45,797 bases of DNA. Origin: Candidatus Pacearchaeota archaeon RBG_13_36_9 (GTDB taxonomy: Archaea; Nanobdellota; Nanobdellia; Pacearchaeales; GW2011-AR1). The stretch covers positions 27,697 to 73,493 of the forward strand of contig MFWN01000024.1 in the NCBI GenBank assembly GCA_001786395.1. Reading direction: 5' to 3'. Under the pieces are notes generated by a model, which was not told where the DNA came from, did no database searches, and saw nothing but the letters and a program-made list of their open reading frames with translations. A program made the position numbers and the translations under genes. Below are positions 25,968 through 34,406 of the stretch, piece by piece. Each line of letters begins with the position of its first letter. The stretch's first letter is position 1.

Positions 25968-27932
25968 TTAAGACTTTCCTCCTTTCAATTGTTTTTTCTT
26001 TATAATTTCTTTTATTTGTGAATCAAATTTTGCAAAGGGGTCGGGGTAATTTCTGTTTTCAATTTTTTTGCTGCTTATATCTTCTGCTTTGCGTTTAATT
26101 GGAAGAGTGAAAGTAAAAGTTGTCCCTTTTCCTTGGATGCTTTTAACTTTTATTGTCCCTCCATGCGCTTCGACTAATTGTTTGGTTATTGATAATCCAA
26201 GGCCAGTTCCCCCATATCTTCTTGAAACCGAAGCATCTACTTGATAGAACTTTTGAAATAAATTTTTTATTTTTTCTTCTGGAATTCCTAATCCCGTATC
26301 TGAAATATCTACTTCAATAAATTCTCCACTTTGCTTTGCTTTGATAGTTATACTTCCTTGGTCTGTAAATTTTATTGCATTAGTAATAAGGTTATTTAAG
26401 ATTTCTTTTATTCTTGAATCGTCAACTTCTATTATCTGGAGTTTTTCTATTTTTGTAATTATTTTGAGGCCTTTTTGATTTGCAAGGATTTGTAATTCAT
26501 CAACTACATTTTTAATTAATTTTTCTAAATCTACTCTTACTCTTGTCAGTTCAAATTTTCCAGAATCCATTCTGGCTATTTCCAGAATATTTGAAATAAG
26601 CATTTTCAGGTTATTTGCGTTTCTTCTTATTGCTTCAAGGCTGTTTAACTCTTCTTTTGTCAAGTTCTTTTTCATGTCATCTAAAACATCCAGATGGGCA
26701 ATTATTGCAGTAAGGGGGGTTTTTAATTCATGAGATACTACATTTAAGAATTCGGATTTGGATTTGTCAAGCTCTTTTAACTCTTCATTTGCTTTTGATA
26801 TGTCTTCCATCATGTTTAAAATAGCTATTTTTGTGTTGCTGATGTCTTTTGTTTTTTTATTTACTTCTCTTTCCAGAGCCTCTCCTTTTTCTTTTTCAGA
26901 TTCTAGGAGCTTTTGCTGGTATTTTTCCAAGTTTTGTGCCATTAGTTCAATCGAGCTTATTAGTTCTTTAATCTCCCCTTTTGCATTTATGCCTATCTTT
27001 TTATTTAAGTTTCCTTTTCCAATTTCTTTTGTGATACTTACTAGTTCAGAAAGTGGGCGGGTAATGTTTTTAGATAAAATTCTGTTGAATATAAAAATAG
27101 TTAAAATAAAAAGGAGGCCCGTGGACCAGATTAAAATCAGAAAAATATTTAGGGTGTTTATTCCTTCTTTGTAAATTTCTCTTGGGAGTGTTGTTTCAAC
27201 AACAACTGCTGGATTTTCTTCTATATCTTTTATTAGGAAATATGTCTGTATCTCTGTCTTATTTTTTTCGAGATATTCTATGTTAGATTTTAGCGCCTCT
27301 TTTGCTTCGGGATTTTTGAATTGCTCGTAGGAAATCATATTTATCTTAACCCAAACTAAACTTTCCAGTTCTTTTATTTTCTCTTCATTTAGCTTGTACC
27401 CTATGGTTAAAAATCCTGCGGAGGGGCCTTCCTTATTGCTTCTTAATATGGGTTGGGAAGAAATAATCAAAAAATAATTTTCTAGAACTTTTAACCCAGT
27501 TACATTTGTTGTTTCAAATTTTTCATAATTATTGGATAGGTATTCTTTTATGCCTTTTACTTCAGATTCCGCTAGTTCTGCGCGGTTTATAAAATAAAAT
27601 ATGTCCCCCGATGTATTTGTAAAAGACATAAATTCAATATTTAGATTAGCCAGTGTTTCATCGTTTAAATTTGAGACTATGTAACCAGGATATTCATTTT
27701 GTATGAATAAATAAGTGTCATCCCAGTCTGCCCAATCTACAGAACTAGACCTCACTATTTCAAATTCTTTGTTAATAGCTTCTTGGACTCTTTTGCAGTT
27801 AATATTTGCATTTTCATTTTCTAATTTCGAAAAGCTTTTGTTTATTGTAAAGTAGGAGAACAAGGAAATTATAATTAACATGATGAGAGTTATGGAAATG
27901 TTTATTGCAATCATCTTGTTTTGGAGGTTCAT
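25968..27932 (-). CDS. Membrane histidine kinase: CHASE4 sensor, HAMP, HisKA, HATPase_c
   Basis: CHASE4 signature 'DWADWDDTY', two TMs, HAMP 'ITRPLSEL...GEIKEL', 'VSHELKTPL', 'NAIKFT', 'GGTGLGLSI'. Confidence 0.95.
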   Translation of the reverse strand: MNLQNKMIAINISITLIMLIIISLFSYFTINKSFSKLENENANINCKRVQEAINKEFEIVRSSSVDWADWDDTYLFIQNEYPGYIVSNLNDETLANLNIEFMSFTNTSGDIFYFINRAELAESEVKGIKEYLSNNYEKFETTNVTGLKVLENYFLIISSQPILRSNKEGPSAGFLTIGYKLNEEKIKELESLVWVKINMISYEQFKNPEAKEALKSNIEYLEKNKTEIQTYFLIKDIEENPAVVVETTLPREIYKEGINTLNIFLILIWSTGLLFILTIFIFNRILSKNITRPLSELVSITKEIGKGNLNKKIGINAKGEIKELISSIELMAQNLEKYQQKLLESEKEKGEALEREVNKKTKDISNTKIAILNMMEDISKANEELKELDKSKSEFLNVVSHELKTPLTAIIAHLDVLDDMKKNLTKEELNSLEAIRRNANNLKMLISNILEIARMDSGKFELTRVRVDLEKLIKNVVDELQILANQKGLKIITKIEKLQIIEVDDSRIKEILNNLITNAIKFTDQGSITIKAKQSGEFIEVDISDTGLGIPEEKIKNLFQKFYQVDASVSRRYGGTGLGLSITKQLVEAHGGTIKVKSIQGKGTTFTFTLPIKRKAEDISSKKIENRNYPDPFAKFDSQIKEIIKKKQLKGGKS

Positions 27933-27933
27933 C

Positions 27934-29211
27934 TTAATCTATTTGGTATCTCTTGGGCTGGCCTCGTTGATTTAGCAATTCATTTATTTCTTTTTTTAAT
28001 TCAACCATTTTAAGCTCTCTTCCTACTGCAAACTGGTTAAATTTTTCAAGCTCTTCTGCCCTTTCTTTTAACTCTTCTTCTGCTTTCTTGCGCTCGGTGA
28101 TATCCCAGAAAATGCCTAATATGCCAATAACGTTGCCTTTTTCATCCTTGACAGGGGTTTTTATCGTATGGACAAATACCTTTTTCTCATCTTGTATATA
28201 CCCCTCTTCTATATCTTCCATCTTGTCTGTTTCCATAAGTCTCTTATCATCTGCTCTATATTTTTCAGCTAATTCTTTAGGAAAAAAATCAAAATCTGTT
28301 TTTCCGGTAATTTCTTTTGGTTTAATTTTCAGGTCTTTAGCATAATTTTCATTGCAAGATATATAAACTAAGTTGCTATCCTTTAAGAAAATTTTCTGCG
28401 GAATATTTTCAACCAATAATCTGTATTTTTCTTCGCTTTCTTTTAATTCTTTTTCTGCTTTCTTTCTTTCTGTTATATCTCTAAAGAAGCCCAACATTAT
28501 CTTTTTACCTCTAATCATCACCTGGCTGCTGGTTATATCACAATAAATTACTTTTCCATCTTTTCTTAATACTGGAAGATTTTCTGCAGTTGTTATCTTT
28601 CCTTCCCGCTGTTCTTTAAATTTCTCTATCACTAAGGGTAGGTCTTTTTTTGGATGGATTCCCGTAATGCCCAGTTCCAGGATCTCTTTTTCAGAATATT
28701 TAAGCATTTCCTGGATTTTTTTATTTGCAGAGATAAAGTTCTTCTTCTCTGCATCTGCCACAATAATTCCTTCTGCAGCCTCATCAAATATCACCTTGTA
28801 TTTTTCTTCGCTTTCTTTTAATTCTTTTTCTGCTTTTTTTCTTTCTGTTATATCTTCTCCGGAGCTTATTGTTCCGGTTATTTTGCCTTTATCATCTTTT
28901 AACAGGGTGCTATGCCAAGAGATTATTTTTTCTCTTCCTTTTTTTGTCAGGACCAGATTTTCAAAAAATTCTGTGTAGTTTAATTCTCCTTTCATTAATC
29001 TATTAAACACTACGTGGACTTCTTTTCTTTTTTCTTTTGGAATGCAAGCATCAAACCAATTCTTTCCAATTAGCTCTTGTTTTTTATATCCAAGAAGTTC
29101 GCAGCCTTTTTTATTTATTAAAACAATTGTTCCGTTTGAATCAAGAAAAACGATTAAAGAATTAATCAAGTTTAATAATTCTTCAGCTGATTTATTGTAA
29201 ATACCTTCCAT
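27934..29211 (-). CDS. Cytoplasmic triple-PAS sensor ending in a GRELKM coiled coil; no kinase domain
   Basis: Three PAS/PAC units each end in 'DITERKKAE'. Tail is 'KFNQFAVGRELKMVELKKEINELL'. ATG 29211 (after agagggaag) preferred over the start at 29259, which overlaps the Lrp gene. Confidence 0.9.
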   Translation of the reverse strand: MEGIYNKSAEELLNLINSLIVFLDSNGTIVLINKKGCELLGYKKQELIGKNWFDACIPKEKRKEVHVVFNRLMKGELNYTEFFENLVLTKKGREKIISWHSTLLKDDKGKITGTISSGEDITERKKAEKELKESEEKYKVIFDEAAEGIIVADAEKKNFISANKKIQEMLKYSEKEILELGITGIHPKKDLPLVIEKFKEQREGKITTAENLPVLRKDGKVIYCDITSSQVMIRGKKIMLGFFRDITERKKAEKELKESEEKYRLLVENIPQKIFLKDSNLVYISCNENYAKDLKIKPKEITGKTDFDFFPKELAEKYRADDKRLMETDKMEDIEEGYIQDEKKVFVHTIKTPVKDEKGNVIGILGIFWDITERKKAEEELKERAEELEKFNQFAVGRELKMVELKKEINELLNQRGQPKRYQID

Positions 29212-29224
29212 CTTCCCTCTTTTT

Positions 29225-29779
29225 TTATAATCTATTTTTGAAATTTTCAATTTCTGCAAAAACCGGCTTCGGATTTTCTGTTTTTAGATTATTAATTATC
29301 TCATTGAACAACTGTATTGGGGAATTTTTTATTAAAGAGTTGTGAGAGAAAGTGAAAAGTTCTTTGTTTTCAATAAAATTATGCAGTTCTTTCTTTTTTT
29401 GGGGAGAGTGGAAAAATGAATCCATCTCATCTACATCCCGAAACCCATAGAGCATGGCGTGAGTTAAACTTCCGTGAGGAAGCCTGAACACTTGGATAAT
29501 GTTCGGAGTTTCTAAGAGCTTTTTTTCTGTTTCAAGCTCTCCTTTATCTAATCCTTCTTGCGTTAACTTAGCTAATGCAACTGCAAATGTCTTAATGCCC
29601 AGTTTAGAATAATTAAGATTTACGGTATAAGAGTCAATCAAGTTTTTCTCTAGTTTTCTTCTTATTTTTCCAACTGCCTGGCTTGAAATTTTTAGCTTTT
29701 CTGCTATCAGGGAATCAGAGACTCTCGCATTTTCCAATAAAAACTTTAGAACTTTTTTTTCGTTTTTTGTTAGGTTCAT
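29225..29779 (-). CDS. Lrp/AsnC-family transcriptional regulator
   Basis: HTH 'NARVSDSLIAEKLKISSQAVGKIRRKLEK.LIDSYTVNLNYSKLG' followed by a RAM-like domain. Confidence 0.85.
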   Translation of the reverse strand: MNLTKNEKKVLKFLLENARVSDSLIAEKLKISSQAVGKIRRKLEKNLIDSYTVNLNYSKLGIKTFAVALAKLTQEGLDKGELETEKKLLETPNIIQVFRLPHGSLTHAMLYGFRDVDEMDSFFHSPQKKKELHNFIENKELFTFSHNSLIKNSPIQLFNEIINNLKTENPKPVFAEIENFKNRL

Positions 29780-29963
29780 TTTCTCTCTTCTTTTCTCACT
29801 TTCAAATATAAATCATTTAATAATTATTAGTTTATAAATTTAACTATATTTTATTAAACCAAAAGAGACTTATAAGTTTAAAGTTTCAACATTAAACTTA
29901 TATCTTTAACTTAGCTTTCTGTCATCGTTAGAGTTAGGACTTTAAAAAAAAGAGGCAGTAAAA

Positions 29964-32900
29964 ATGAGCAGATTATTTGTTAAAAGGGTTTACAGTCAAA
30001 ATCTTGTTTTAGGAGCAGGTATAGTGTTTCTTCTCAGCATTACTTTCATTTTGCTTATTCTTCCCAAGTTTAATATGTTCGCTGTTCAGTATTCTGATGC
30101 TGAAAAAATATTAATTCCAGAAGTTGGCGCAGAAAAAGAAATTGAATATTATGGATATAAATATTCAAACAGTTCAGGGATTATTGTTTCTGCCCTATCA
30201 GAGATTCATTGTTCCTGGAAAAGCGCAGGGGAAGATGATAGCTGGAAGGAATGTGAAGCTGTTTTTGAAATAGAAGATAGCAATAGGGTAAAAAGCAGGC
30301 TATATTCTCCCAAGGTTGAGCTTAATTTTGCAGATAAAATAAATGTAAAAAATATTGAAATAAGCTATTCTCAAGATTTTGAGATAGAGCGTGAAACTTA
30401 TATCCAATCAGGTGCAGAGGAGACTGCCCAGGAAGTTGGCCGTGGCAAGGAAAGGAAAACAGGCTTATTTTCTGCATCAAATCAGGGAAAGCTTAAAAGG
30501 CCGGTAGAAAGGACTTTAGAAACTGAGAAAAAGGTTTTTCTGAAAGATGAAAAATTAAGCTTCAAAAAGAGAAAATTTACTGATTTTTCAGACTTTTCTG
30601 AATCTGTTACTGAGAATCATAATCTCTCTTTGAGTAGCTCCACAGAGGGAGTTTCCCCTCCTGTAAGGGGGGAGATTTCTGAGCAGAACCTTTCAGGGAG
30701 TTATCAGGAATCAGAAAACAATGGGTCTAATCTAGAGACTAATAATTCTGGTTCAAACGTTTCTGCTCAGAAATCTTTAGAGTCTTCAGATAATTTTTCT
30801 GAAGCTCTTAAGAATTATTCAGAGAATTATGAGGAAGGGTCTCAAGGACACAATCTCCTTTCAGGATTTTCTCTTTTTAGTGATACGGAGTTGAGTACAG
30901 AAGAGCCCTTTGCTGTCAGAGTTAGATTTGAGATTCCTAAATACTCTTCCAACCAGTTTGACTTTAAGATTTATGAGGAAGGATTTGAGGCTTCGATTGA
31001 TCCAGATGTTTCTGGGTGCGGCAGTTTGGACTCTGAAAATGGGGTTTATTTGCTGGAGGAAGACGTTGAAGCGGCACAAATCTGTTTTATCATCTCTGAG
31101 AATAATATTACACTTGATTGTCAGGGGCACAGGATAACCTATTCTTTTTCAGGAGAGGGGTATGGAATATATTCTTCTGCAAATTTTACGACAATAAGAA
31201 ATTGTTTTATTACAGATGGAAATTTTACGGGCAATGGAAGTGCAGTTTACCTTTTAGATTCGGAAAATAGTTTAGTAGAAAATAACACAATTTTAACTTA
31301 TCTAGATTACCTCGAGGGAGTTTATGTTAGCGGAGATTCTAACATTATAACAAATAACAACATTACCACTTATGGCAGATATGCTTATGCTGTTTATTTT
31401 ACAAATTCTTTTAATAATTCAGTCATTAATAATTCTCTGAGAACTTATTATTGGGATTCTTATGGAATCTTTCTTGATTCTAGTTCTGGCAACCAGATAC
31501 GCTGGAACAATGCTACAACTTTTGAAGCAGAGGCTTATGGGATTCGGATGTACAACTCTAGCTACAATCTGGTCAGCTACAATAATATCACTGCAATTGA
31601 AGAGTTAGGATATCCTTTTTATCTTGCATCTGACTCAAATTATAACAATCTATCAAATAATGAGCTTGCAGTTTATGTTAAGGATAACGCTGCAATCTAT
31701 GTTGATTCAGATTATAATTATTTTAAGAGCAATAATCTAACCAGCCATGGAAATGTAGCATTTGGAATACATATCCGGCCAGAGGCAAGCAACAATACTT
31801 TTCAAAATAATCAGATACTTACTTATGGAGATGATAGTTATGGTGTTTATTTTGAATCTGGCTCCAACAATGTCTTTTTAGATAATATTTTTGTTACTCA
31901 TGGTTATTATGGATTTGTTTTTTTGATTTCAGGCTCAAATTTCAACTCTTTTTTTAATAACTCTCTTTTTACATATGGGTTGTGGTCCCCCTGTGTTTTA
32001 ATTGAGGGGCCTTCAAATGGGAATTTATTTTCAGGTATTAGGGCAGTAACAAATAATTCCTTTTCTGAAATATTCTACGCCTATAATTATTATGTTAACT
32101 TTTCAGTCCAGGACAGTTATATCAATGCTTCTTATCCTGCAACAGAAGAAGTTTATTTAGAGTCTTCATTAACTGACAGTGTGTGGAATTTTACTAATGT
32201 AACAACCTTTGATTCTAGGTGGGATATTGCGACCAGCGGAGAGTTGATTGTTTCAAATTATCTTGACATTTTTACAAATTTCACTAATGGCTCTTATGTT
32301 TCTGCAGACATCCTCTTATCAGATAAAAATTTTAACGAGATTTTTTCAGGGCAAACTAATAGAAACGGGAGCTTAAGTAAGATTCTTCTAGATTATATCC
32401 AGAACACCCCCGATAATATTACAGGATATTCTAATTATTCATTAAATGTTTCTCTTGGATGGGAATCTTTCAGTCTATCTCTAAATTTGAGCCAGAGCCA
32501 CTCTTTATTCTTTACTTTTGATTCGGGGCTTTATCAGCAATACAACGAGGAAGTTTATCCTAGAATCAGTTTTATGGATCCTACACCTGCAAATGAGACT
32601 ATACGAAACAGTACTTCTTTCTTTGTAAATGTAACTGCAAATGACTCTGAATCAAATATCTCGATGTTTATGGATTTTGATGGCTCCTTGCTTGGGTGGT
32701 GGAGAATGGACGATATCGGAGAGAGAGGAGAGATTCTTGATTATCTTGGCAGAAATAACGCCGCTGCGCACGGAAACGCAAGACGGTCTTCAGATGGAAA
32801 GCTTGGCAAAAGCTTTATTTTTGAAGGAAATGGAGATTACATTAACCTTGGAAATAGCAGTATCCTTTCTCTCGAGCATAATTTTTCAATTTCTTTTTGG

Positions 32901-34127
32901 GTAAAGACTTCAGATTCTTCTGGGCAGCCTACATTTATCGGGAGGGTAGATGAAGGAGGGGAGTATGTAAGCTATTGGTATATTGGGAAAAAAACTGGAG
33001 AAGGCAGGGTAGAAGTGGGATTAGGAGACGGGGTTAATTACTCTATTTTTCACTCAATAAGAGATGTAGACGACAATCAGTGGCACCAAGTGATTTGGAT
33101 AAGAAATGACGGGGGTCAAGAAATCTACATAGACGGGATAAACAGCACATATGAAGCGAGATTTGATGGCCCCATAGGGGACATTAATATTTCAACAGAT
33201 GTTTATATCGGAGGAGATCCTGAAAGCGAAGACTATTACTTTAATGGTAGCATAGATGACTTACTGTTATTTAATAAGAGCCTATCAAGAGAAGAGATAC
33301 TAGGATTATATGCTAACCAATCTTTAAAGTACATTGGAATTAATTTTACCAATCTGCAAGAAAAAAATTATTTATTCAGAGCATATTCCCAGGATTATGG
33401 TGGGAGGGTTAACCTGACTGAAGAAAGGTTTGTTTTGATTAATTTCAGTTACGCTGAAGCGAATTTTACTAATTCTACAAACTCTACTCCTCCTGCGCCC
33501 CCTGGCGGAGATGGCGGGAGCACGCCTCCTAATTGCATGCCTCTATGGTCCTGTAATCAGTGGTCTGATTGCATAGACGGAAAACAGACAAGAATCTGTA
33601 CAAATCCAGATTCAGATTGTAAAGCACGCCCTGACATAGAAAGAAGTTGTAAAGTTAAAGATATTGAAAAAAATGGCAAAAATGATACTTTATTTGATAT
33701 AAGCCTGCAGATAATTAAGGATAAGATTTTTCCTAATGAAAATTTATCTGTAGCAATGACTTTAATTAATCTGGGCATTCCCGGCAAGGTAAATGCAAAT
33801 TTACATTATAGGATTGTTAGCTCATCCGGGGAGATGGTTTACGAAGAAAAAGAAGTAGTTCCTGTTGAAACTCAGATAGAGTTTATAAAAACGATAAATA
33901 CCTATGATTTGGAACAGGGAAACTACAGGCTTTTAGTAGACTTAAGTTATGAAGGCCAGATAGAGCCTGCAAATGCACAAGGCAGCTTTAGCATAGGCAA
34001 TGGGTTTTTGTTGGGGTCTGTCCAGAGAGTGTTCGTTTATATTTTGTCCCTGTTTTTCTTAACATTAATTTCTTTAACATCATACCTTCTTCTTAGGGAG
34101 CTGAAAAAAAGAAGGGCAAAGTTTTAA
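29964..34127 (+). CDS. Large membrane-anchored surface protein: NosD/CASH beta-helix, LamG-like domain, Pro/Gly linker, TSP1-like motif, membrane-proximal Ig domain, TM
   Basis: 'NITLDCQGH', repeated 'YGI.L..S..N.I..N', LamG 'GWWRMDD...FSISFWVK...WHQV...FNGSIDDLLLFNKSLS', 'CMPLWSCNQWSDC.DGKQTRIC', C-terminal TM. Confidence 0.88.
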   Translation: MSRLFVKRVYSQNLVLGAGIVFLLSITFILLILPKFNMFAVQYSDAEKILIPEVGAEKEIEYYGYKYSNSSGIIVSALSEIHCSWKSAGEDDSWKECEAVFEIEDSNRVKSRLYSPKVELNFADKINVKNIEISYSQDFEIERETYIQSGAEETAQEVGRGKERKTGLFSASNQGKLKRPVERTLETEKKVFLKDEKLSFKKRKFTDFSDFSESVTENHNLSLSSSTEGVSPPVRGEISEQNLSGSYQESENNGSNLETNNSGSNVSAQKSLESSDNFSEALKNYSENYEEGSQGHNLLSGFSLFSDTELSTEEPFAVRVRFEIPKYSSNQFDFKIYEEGFEASIDPDVSGCGSLDSENGVYLLEEDVEAAQICFIISENNITLDCQGHRITYSFSGEGYGIYSSANFTTIRNCFITDGNFTGNGSAVYLLDSENSLVENNTILTYLDYLEGVYVSGDSNIITNNNITTYGRYAYAVYFTNSFNNSVINNSLRTYYWDSYGIFLDSSSGNQIRWNNATTFEAEAYGIRMYNSSYNLVSYNNITAIEELGYPFYLASDSNYNNLSNNELAVYVKDNAAIYVDSDYNYFKSNNLTSHGNVAFGIHIRPEASNNTFQNNQILTYGDDSYGVYFESGSNNVFLDNIFVTHGYYGFVFLISGSNFNSFFNNSLFTYGLWSPCVLIEGPSNGNLFSGIRAVTNNSFSEIFYAYNYYVNFSVQDSYINASYPATEEVYLESSLTDSVWNFTNVTTFDSRWDIATSGELIVSNYLDIFTNFTNGSYVSADILLSDKNFNEIFSGQTNRNGSLSKILLDYIQNTPDNITGYSNYSLNVSLGWESFSLSLNLSQSHSLFFTFDSGLYQQYNEEVYPRISFMDPTPANETIRNSTSFFVNVTANDSESNISMFMDFDGSLLGWWRMDDIGERGEILDYLGRNNAAAHGNARRSSDGKLGKSFIFEGNGDYINLGNSSILSLEHNFSISFWVKTSDSSGQPTFIGRVDEGGEYVSYWYIGKKTGEGRVEVGLGDGVNYSIFHSIRDVDDNQWHQVIWIRNDGGQEIYIDGINSTYEARFDGPIGDINISTDVYIGGDPESEDYYFNGSIDDLLLFNKSLSREEILGLYANQSLKYIGINFTNLQEKNYLFRAYSQDYGGRVNLTEERFVLINFSYAEANFTNSTNSTPPAPPGGDGGSTPPNCMPLWSCNQWSDCIDGKQTRICTNPDSDCKARPDIERSCKVKDIEKNGKNDTLFDISLQIIKDKIFPNENLSVAMTLINLGIPGKVNANLHYRIVSSSGEMVYEEKEVVPVETQIEFIKTINTYDLEQGNYRLLVDLSYEGQIEPANAQGSFSIGNGFLLGSVQRVFVYILSLFFLTLISLTSYLLLRELKKRRAKF

Positions 34128-34183
34128 TTATTTTCTCATCAGGCTTTTTAATCTTTACAAAGGTTTATAAATCATTTTTTAAT

Positions 34184-34218
34184 AGTATTACTGAGTAATA
34201 CTTAGTAATATTTAAAAA
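34184..34218. promoter_or_regulatory. Perfect palindrome AGTATTACT-G-AGTAATACT plus a third AGTAATA box abutting a TATA element
   Basis: Palindrome 34184-34202, agtaata 34204-34210, tttaaaaa 34211-34218. Confidence 0.65.
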
Positions 34219-34253
34219 GCAGGTGTTTTTTGTATATAAAAAGAGAGGCATAA

Positions 34254-34406
34254 ATGAAAGAGAGAGCGAGTTTTACTTGTGACAAGGAAACATTGAGGGT
34301 TCTAGATGAATTAGTGAAATCCGGCAGATACAGGAACAGGAGCCATGCTCTTGAAGAGGCAGTGAAACTTCTTAAGGACAGGGAAAAAAAGGAGGGGCGA
34401 AAATGA
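34254..34406 (+). CDS. Unannotated 50-aa ribbon-helix-helix (CopG/Arc/MetJ) regulator
   Basis: MKERASFTCDKETLRVLDELVKSGRYRNRSHALEEAVKLLKDREKKEGRK. SD-like gagagg upstream. ATGA overlap with 34403. Confidence 0.88.
   Translation: MKERASFTCDKETLRVLDELVKSGRYRNRSHALEEAVKLLKDREKKEGRK

Noticed and set aside
28421..28852. Duplicated DNA encoding DITERKKAEKELKESEEKY
   Set aside because: Ordinary PAS-PAC linker repetition.
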